Virus record (IMG/VR): IMGVR_UViG_3300029286_003693
Span: 1 to 64,000 of that record
DNA: 64,000 nucleotides
Source: a virus
Reading direction: 5' to 3' (one strand)
The notes below the pieces were generated by a model. That model saw nothing but the letters and a program-made list of their open reading frames with translations. It made no database searches and was not told where the DNA came from. Positions 19,601-28,600 of this stretch are shown here, one piece after another (positions within the stretch are counted from its first letter, which is position 1; each line of letters opens with the position of its first letter). Both the position numbers and the translations under genes were made by a program.

Positions 19601-22600
19601 GTCGGGCTTCCCGTCGGGTTCAAGCCGGTAATGCGGGTCAGCCGGGTGGCATACGGGATGTTCTTGTATTTGTGGGCTTCGTCCACGATCATGAGGTCGA
19701 TCCCCAGGTCGTCGAAGAAAAGGTTCTTTCTCTTCGCTTCGTCATGGACACCCGGCGCACTGAGCTTCGCCTCCAAGGCGTGAATTTGGACCTGGATGTC
19801 CTGCTCCAGAATTCGCGCCCCCTCCTTCTTGGCCTCTTCGAGAATTTCCCGCAGCTCCAGGAGCTCCTCTTCGATGAACACCCGCTCCGACTCCGGCGAC
19901 AGGCCGATCCGGTCAAGGTCCTGCTGCCTCATGATCGCTATGTCGAAATCATTCAGGGCGATCTTCTGAAGCGACCGCTGCTTGCGCTGTTCATTGGTAG
20001 AAACGCGCACAGGCAAGATGTTTGCCATCGGGTAGAGGTTCTTGATTTCCTGAACCGCCTGCCCCATAGTGGAATCATTTAGGGTGACGTAAAGAACCTT
20101 TTTCTTGCCCCGAAGCCTTTTCGCCTCCATGGCGATCAGGGCCATTGTCACAGTCTTGCCCGTCCCGACTTCATGCCCCAGATACAGGTTCCCGTTTTTC
20201 AAGTATTTCCATGCCGCATTCATCTGATGCGGGTAAAACGTCAGCGCGTCAGTGACCCCAAGGGCTTCCTTTTCTTTTGGCGTCAACATCCACATTCCCT
20301 TGCCCGGGAAGGTAAGGTGGGAGCCGTCTGCATTCATGGGAACGGAGGTATTGATCAGATCATTGAAACGCTTGACGGCCTCATCCGACCGTCCTGCTTC
20401 AGCAAACAGCCATCGCCCAAATTCCGACTGGATGTCCTGGAGCTTTACTTCGGCGGCCTGGGTCGCAACCTCGTCAAGGTACTGTTTTCTATCGACGGTA
20501 AAGGTGACTTGCGGACGCTTCCCCATCAAGGCGCACTTCATGAGCTCAAAGAAATCCATGCGCTGGGTGCCCCACACCGTCGTCGCCTCAACGCTCCGCT
20601 TTGCCGCGGCTATCTGCCGCTGCACTTCGGCCTTATTTTCTCCAACCCCCTTGCCGCGTCCCCGGTAATGCTCTTCCCCGCCGAACGACATGGACCACTC
20701 GTTGCTTACCGGGCTGAAATTAAAGATTGCATGGAGACCGTGCCTCAGTGCCATCTTGTCTCGTACAAACTCCGCCAGGTGCGCGGGGTCAATCCACGAC
20801 GCGCCGATGCGCGCGGTGATTCTGTGCTGGGAAATCTCCGCCGGCTGCGCCGCCTCAAGCAGTGCCACGTTGCGGGCATATTCAGGGCTGGACGCCACCA
20901 TCTCCCGGGCGACGGTCAGCTTCCGCTTCACGTTGCCGGACAGGTATTCGTCTATCGTTTCAAGGAAGCCGGTTTCGGGGTTTTCGACGATCTTGTCGGC
21001 AACCCCGGCCCTGACAGAATCGACATCCGAGCTCCGCAGCCTCGCCATGTATTCGAGGTTGGGATACCCGAATTCGTCGAGGGCCATCGCCAGGGCGTCA
21101 TGATCGGTGTCCGCCCTGTCAGGCCGGGCGGCAAAAGCTGTTATGTTTTTGGTGAATATGTCCGCAAGCTTGGTGACTTTATTTGTGTCTGGGTCGTGCT
21201 CTTCCAGTGCCAAAACCCACGCGGAATCCGTATAGTCAACATACACGCCACGGTTCTTGGGATCGTTGACCGGGCCGAACTTCTTAACAAACAGGTCGTA
21301 CCACTTTTTGAGTTTGACCTGCTCTTCCTTGATGACCTTGGCGTCCGTCTCGGTCTTTTGCGCCCTCAGCAATGTCCGGATTTGATCCAGAACACGAACA
21401 TAGAGGCGTACAACCTCGGCCTTTTTCTGTTCGCTGGCCGTTGCGACAGGCAGTTTTAATTCCTCGGAATCTTCCTTGACACAAACCTCGCCCTTATCAT
21501 TGATGTATGCTCCCCCCTCTTTGATGGTTCCGGGCGCGGAGATAATGTCATCGATCGACTTGGCTTCCTTGACGGCCTCCCGCTCGACGATCTTGTCCGG
21601 GAATGCGGCGGCAAGCCTTTCCAGGTTGGACTGCAAATCGCCCTCGGGAGCTACCCGAAGCCCCTCGTTCCCATACCTGCCGGTGATTTTTTCCAGTTTT
21701 CCCGCAACCATCTCCGGGTGCTTGAGGAAATAATTATTGATGGTCAACCCGGTTGATTCGTCTGTCCCCGCGGTCGTCCATTCCTCGGCGGGGACTCCCA
21801 CGAACTTCCCCCCCTCGATATTCTTGCGGAACACCAGGATATCGGTCGCTACTTGCGTGGCGCTGTAAATCCCGGAAGGAAGCCGGATCGCCCCCACGAG
21901 TTGAGCCTTCCCCGCGAATTCTGTCAGGTGGGCGCCGACGGCATCCAGGGTATTTGAAGTGGTGATCATCATGCTCAACGCGCCCGGTGCGGTCAGGTTG
22001 AGCATCTTGTTGATGAAATAGTTATGGAGCCGATACCCGCCCTTGTTGTGTTTCAGATCCGAAGGGGAGAAATTCTCGAACGGGACATTGGTGATGGTCA
22101 GATCGAACCGATTGTTTGGTTTCTTCACGTCCTGGAATGACTTGGTTTCGATGGAGGCCAGCCCGTAGAGTTGCGTTGCAATGCGGGCGCTCACCCCGTC
22201 CATTTCGATCCCCTGCAACGCCGTCCCCTGGGCGAGGTCGCTCGGCATGGTCCCCAGAAAGAGACCGTTCGCTCCAGTGGCAGGATCAAGCACGACACCA
22301 TTCGTGAAACCAAGGCGCTGCGCCAGCTTCCACATAAATGTGCCAACGGGTACGGGGGTATAGTAGGCTGATGTTGAAGACGACGCTGCGTCACGGACCT
22401 CGTCATCGTTGAGTTCCGCCTTGAGCAGTTCGGCCTTGCCCGCCCATGCCGCGGTGGGTTCGTAGGCAAACAGCTCCGACATGCCGCCCCAGCCGCTATA
22501 CTGAGCCAGGATATCTTTTTCAGCATCCGTCGGAGTGCGGTTTTCAGATTCTACGAGGTTGAGTACTTTGACAGCAGATAAATTCAGGCCGAACCGAACG

Positions 22601-25600
22601 GGTACTGATTTCGGATCGTTTAAGGTGAGATCGGTTATTCGGTAGTTTCCGGCGGGAGAAGGATGTACTCCTTCAGTACTATCTCCTTCGACGCTTCCAT
22701 CTGCGCCCCTCTGCTTACCAGATTCCCGAGTTCCAGGCAAGCCGCTTCCGCCGCTGCCTCGGTCTCCTGATCGAACGTCCCCTCCTTCATTAGGGCTGCT
22801 GTCAGGGCGGGCAGGTACTTCTTCCAGTGCCTCTGTGCCATCCTCTTGAATACCAACATCGATGCCACCCCTTTCTTTGGCAATATAAACCGGGTTTTCA
22901 CCCTCATACTGGATGTTTGACAGCTTATAGTCTAATATATCATCGGGATGGAGCTGTGTCAAGTAGGCGACCGCCCCCGTTCCGTTCTGCCCTTCCGATG
23001 TATATCCCTTATCATGACCAGCATACCCGTCCGGCTGCATCATCGGTCCGAAAGATGTATCGTCATAGCGATACCAGTAATAGCCGTCCTTGGATGGTTC
23101 GGACGCCCAGATCGCCGTATATCGCGCCTCTACTTGGTCCAGAAGGTATCTCAACTGGAGCTGAAGCATCAATTCATTGGCTTTTTCGATGGAGATGTAA
23201 TCATCCTTGAGGGACGGCTTTCCGGATTCATCCCACACCAGACCATTAAGGAGATGCTTGATGGTCGCATTGAACGTCTCGCGCTCCTTCCCCGCGGGAT
23301 AAACCAGTCTTGTCCCGACGCCGGCCTTGCCACCTACCCTGCCGGCGGCGACGAAATCGTTGACCAGGTAATTGTTCTTGCCTTGCAATGTATCGTAGAT
23401 GTATGCCTCGAATGCCCTTGCCCACATCTCTTGCGCCCGTGCGGTATAGTCAGGGTCCATCTGCTGCGCGGTGCTGTAATAATCAGTGTCTTTCCTGACC
23501 GTATCCTCAAATCTGCTGGTAACTTCGTTCTTTACTGCCTCGATCCGCTGCTGCTTTTTCGACGACACCATCCGCTTGAGAAACATGGAATCCTTCGCAA
23601 GCAGGTCGTCAATCAGGCGGGTCCCAGCCTCGAAGTCATAGACATGGTGGAATGTATTGACAACTTTTTCTATTTCGGTTTTTGCATCCTCAGCGGCCAG
23701 GTCCTGCAATCCATGCCCCCATTCGTGAGCCATGGTCCCGTCGCCATTATCACGGGTGAAATTGATCGTTTGGACAGTGGGGAAGTATGCCGCCGCCGCG
23801 CCCTTCGCCTTGTGTCCCAGGTTGGCAAACTGCACGGCAAGTTCACCGCCCAGGCTCATGCCGTTATCGGGTGCGCCGATAGTCGCGGCCAGATCCTTGA
23901 AGGCATCATACGCTGCTGGGATGACGCGGTTACGCTCCTCCTGGTTGATCCACCCCTCTTCTCCGAAGCCGACGCCCTTGAATCCGAACGGAGCCTGAAA
24001 GTCCTCCGTCTTTTTCAGTTCAACGCCCTCCCGGTAATCGGACAAGCCGGAGCGAACCACTGTCTTGTTGCGCCCGCGCTTGTTGATGTCGATCTCCGAC
24101 AGCAGGATATCGTTCTCGTCGGCAAGGAGGCTCTGCCAGGAGTCAGTCAGGAAATTGTAAAGAGAATTGGGCCGCTGGACATAATCACGGGTACTCAGAA
24201 GGCCGGAGAGGCGTGTTCTCGCTTCCGAATAATCGGGAAATGTTCCATCTTCTTTTCGGGCTCCGAACAGCACGGTCTCCTGTAACCGACCGATGATATT
24301 CGTGATGCTGGTCTGCCCGTTAAAAACATCCACGACCGGCTGCATGGTCTTCCCATACTCAGTTGCCCACTGCTTGAGCATGTCGATAGATCCGCCGCGA
24401 TAATTGAGCCAGTGCTCGATCTTATCGTCTATGCTCTTCCCCGATGAGTAACGCAGCCGATCCCGGCTCTCGGTAAGGTATTCCTTGAACGTCAAGAAAT
24501 ACTTCTGAATTTGCGTCATCAGGCGCACAGTCCCAGGGGTCGCTTCTTCTGCGAAAGCGGCTGTCCATATCTTCCCAGGGACCATCTCGTCGAGGATGAT
24601 CTTCGCCGCGGACTTGGGCGTTTTATCCTTTGTCTTCTGGTTCAGCTTCTCGGGATCATAGACATAGCCGACGTTCTTGAACTCGCCCATCGCGGACTTC
24701 CGGGCCTTCTTTTCGGCGGCCGCCTCTTCCTTAGCTTTTTTCTCCGCCTTCTCCTGCTCGGTCAACTTCCGGCGCGTCCGGGCTCCCCCCTCACCTTCCC
24801 CGGTGTTTTCGTCGAGGTTGATCACTTCACCATCTTCCGCTATGTCTTCCGGAAGGATATTTCCTTCGTGCCTTACAGACCCCACACCCTCCCATGAGTA
24901 TTTCCAGCCTCCTTCCGGGATAGACACCGTCCCGCTTTCTTCCCATTCCGGGTGCTCGCTTGCAGCCTTGTTCCATGCGGCGTTCCGAGATTGCTGATCT
25001 GCTTTAACGGGTTCGTCCATAGACGCCCGGTCATATCTGAGAGAAGATTCCGGCACACTCACTCTGAGGACAACAGGCTCCCCCCCGTGCTCGTCAACAG
25101 CCTCTTTTGCATAGTATTGGGCAAGCTCTCTCGTTTTTGCGAGGTAAGGGTTATTCAACCCGTTCTTCCTTATGTCATCTAATAGTTTAGAACTCGTCCC
25201 GTGATAGGCTTCGCGGATGGGGTGATCTATCTCTTTTTTATCCCTCTTTTCCTGAATGAACTGCTTGATGTAAGGCCGGATCGCATCGCCGAATTGTTTC
25301 ACAATGGTGGCGGCAAATTCCCGGAGCCCCTTGCCGACCTGGATGAAGTGCTCCAGCGCCGCCTCGAAATGGGGCTTCGCTTTTGCGTAGGTGTCCTCAT
25401 CAAACCCGCCGGGGAAAGACTTCAGGGACGACCCGCCGAAAAGTTCATAAAGACCCTTCAGGGCTTCTCCTGCACCCTCGATACCTTCCTTGGCAACGTC
25501 GGCCAGGATATCATCGAGGGCCTTGGCTGGTTTTGCCGAGGGGATCTTTCCCGCAGCGCGATCCCTGGCGGCAGCAAATATGTTCTTGACAGCTTCGTTT

Positions 25601-28600
25601 GTCGTCTTTGGGGCGGTTTCTTTCTTTTCCGGCATGTCAAGCATGGCGTCGAGGTCTTCATCGGAAATCTCGGAGATCTCCTTCATGATGTCGGCCTTGG
25701 CGGCTTCTGGTTTCGTCAATTCTGTCAGTTCGGGATATTTGTCGAGTATGGCCTGTCGTGCTTTTGGATCATCGCCGGGGGCAGCATCGAGGTCGGATAG
25801 AAATCTCTTGGCATCCTCCAATGAAAAATTTTCAGCCTGCGAAACCTTGTCCGCACCCTCCAATAGGGCTGTGCGCTTTTTCTGGTATTCAAATTCTGCT
25901 TCTCGCGCATTCTGCGCCCTGAGCCGGTCGCTTATTTCGGCCTGTTCGTTGCCAGAAGCGGTGCTCTCTTTTTCCTCCTTCGGCCCCCTCTTCCCGCCCG
26001 TGCCAGCGGCTTTGATCTTTTCCGGGGCCTTGGCCTCTTCCGTGGCCTTCCCCTCGAACATCTCTTTCGCGAGGCCGGGGTAAAATTCTCTGATGCGTGC
26101 CTGCAGGTTCGGAATCCTCTCCCGTAAGGATTTTATTTCTTTCTCGATTTCTTTGATCCGGCCCGTCAGGTCAGCGTAAGTCGGGGTCTTCCCGAACCAT
26201 GAATCTCTCCATGCTTCAGTACCCGCCGATTCTTTACTTGCGGCTGCCTTTGCATCCTCCCCGAGCTGCTTCAGGGTGATCTCTTTGGCATCAACCTTGC
26301 GCTGGATCTCGTAGTAGCGTTCGAGACGGGCCTGGGCAGCTTCGATCTCTGCCGGGACCCCTTCATACCGGGTCTTGAACTCATTCCTTTTCGTCCAGTA
26401 ATCAGCGACCTCCGCCTCTGCCTCCTTGGTGATCAGATCCGTGGACTTGCCCACAGGTTTGCCGGAGTGCTGCGGGAGTTTATTCAGCGCCGCCGTTACC
26501 TTCATTCCCGCCACTTTCTTTTTGAACTTCTCCAGGTTCTCTTTCGTGTTCAATATCCTGAACTTTCCGTCCATGGGAACATCGATGATGACGTGGATGG
26601 GTCCGGCGTCCTCGGTCTTGTTGTTCTCGTAAGCGGTCCGGGCAGCTATGGCCTCGTCAAGGTGTTCGAGCAGATACTTCTTGATGATCCGGGACTTACC
26701 CTCTTCCTCCTTGGACTTTACCTCTGCCGCGGTAGGAACTGGCTTTGCTGCCTTCCCAGCTTCGGGGGCCTTGACGATTTCCGGTTTCGGGCCTCTCGCG
26801 CCGCCGGTACCAGCCGCTTTGATCTCCGCGGGTTGCTGAGAAAGACCGGGATGTCTCTCCTCCTGCTCTCCCTTCAGTAGGTTTTTCCAATGTGGTTCCG
26901 CTGCGTCTATGTCCGCAATCAGAGACATTAACCTCTGTCCCAGCGCCTTGTCTTTTTCAGTTACCCGCTTCAGAATGTCGCTCTTCTCTGCCGGCCTGAG
27001 CGTGCTATACCCGCGTGAGCCTAAGCCGCCGCCACCTTTCCCGATCGAATGCTTGAGGCCAGCTTTCCGTTCGATAGATGCAAATTCTTCTTGATATTGA
27101 GAAATCAGCGATCTGCCCTCGTCGGCAGACTTTGCGTTCTTCATCCTTTCCGCATAAGACGGTACCGTCTCCGTGATTACGGGTGCCGGTCCTCTTGCGC
27201 CGCCCGTGCCCGCGGCTTTGATCTCGGTGGATTGCTCTTTCTCGAACTTTGCCAATTCTGCCAAGGCGGCTTTCCCTTTGGGGTCGTCTGCTTTTGTACG
27301 GCTCCTTATTATGTCAATGCCGGCTTTGATCGCCTCGGCTCGCGTATCGTATTGCGTGCCGTCGATACCTGGGGCATTTCCGCTCCCCTCGTAGTCGCCA
27401 TATTTTTTCGAGATATTGACGCCAATGCGGAATTTCCCGTCAGGGCCTTCCGCTATGCGGATGCTGCCCTCCCTTCCGGATGACTTACTGAATGGGATTG
27501 AGATCTTTTCCGGTTCATTATAGACGCCGTTATCGTTGATATTATGTCCTGCATCCCGGTATTGTTTGACCTCTTCATCCGATTTTTCTCGTGCCGACTT
27601 TGGTGCGGGTGCTTCCTCTCCTTTTACCGAATCAATCACTTGTTGCAGTAAAGGCCGCTGCCAACCCTGTTCATTCATACGTCCGTCCGCCAAGGTAGCG
27701 ATGGCGTCATAGACCGAATCCTGGTCGGCCTCAATTCCTTCTGCTTTCAACTTTGCTACGACTTTCCGGGCCAGATCCTCCTGTGCATACTGCCAGGCAA
27801 TTTCCGCATGGCGGGTGACAATCTGCGATTCCACCCGAAGATTCCCGATCTCTTCATCGATCTGCTTCTTCCGGGCAACCGCTTCTTTACTGCGGTCCGA
27901 TTTCAGTACGTCCCGTTCCTTGGCAAGGGCGTCGATGGTTGGTTTATTCTTGGCCGTAATATCCTCGCTTACCGTATAAAGTTCATCCCAAAGCCCACCC
28001 AGGTCCATAGGAGAATAATGTTCGGGAAACGTAAAGTCTTCCACCAAATTGCCGGTTGCGATCTGGTTCGCTAAGCCTGTTTCTTGCGCTGCACCTTGGG
28101 CCGCGGGCTCTTCGGCGGCCTTCTTATCCACGACGGTTTTCTCCAACATCCCGAGCCGATACCGGGCGTAAGCGCTGACAGTATCTTCGCCCCGGTATTC
28201 ATCAAGGACCGCCGCAGTGCCGCCTTCCGCGAATAGGCTCGCCACCTTCGTCCGAACGAAAGGCGGGGTCCCGGTTTCCTGGGTGTCCCAGAGATCGAAC
28301 GTCTTTTTATCCTGGGTCTTGACCTCTTTCGTGATGTCCAGGATCTTTCCCGGAGTTTCCCCGGTCACATTCAGCGGTCCTCTCGCGCCGCCCGTGCCCG
28401 CGATCTTCAATTTTTTGTCGATTTCAGCCAGCGTCTCGGGGGTGATATCCTCTTCGGTCTGGATGTTGACATCTCCCTCCATCAAGATATCCGTCGCCGT
28501 CAGGTTCTTCCGCTTGGCTTTCGGCTCACCTTCCAGGAGAATGTCCCTCGCAGCGCCCTTGGCTGGCCCCATGGGCTTACTGACCACACCACCCTTCCCG

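Noticed and set aside
15526-24285. Long plus-strand ORFs (e.g. 15526-17367, 17692-19026, 20173-21459, 22948-24285)
   Set aside because: Antisense shadows of the GC3-rich giant gene; no motifs or convincing RBS.
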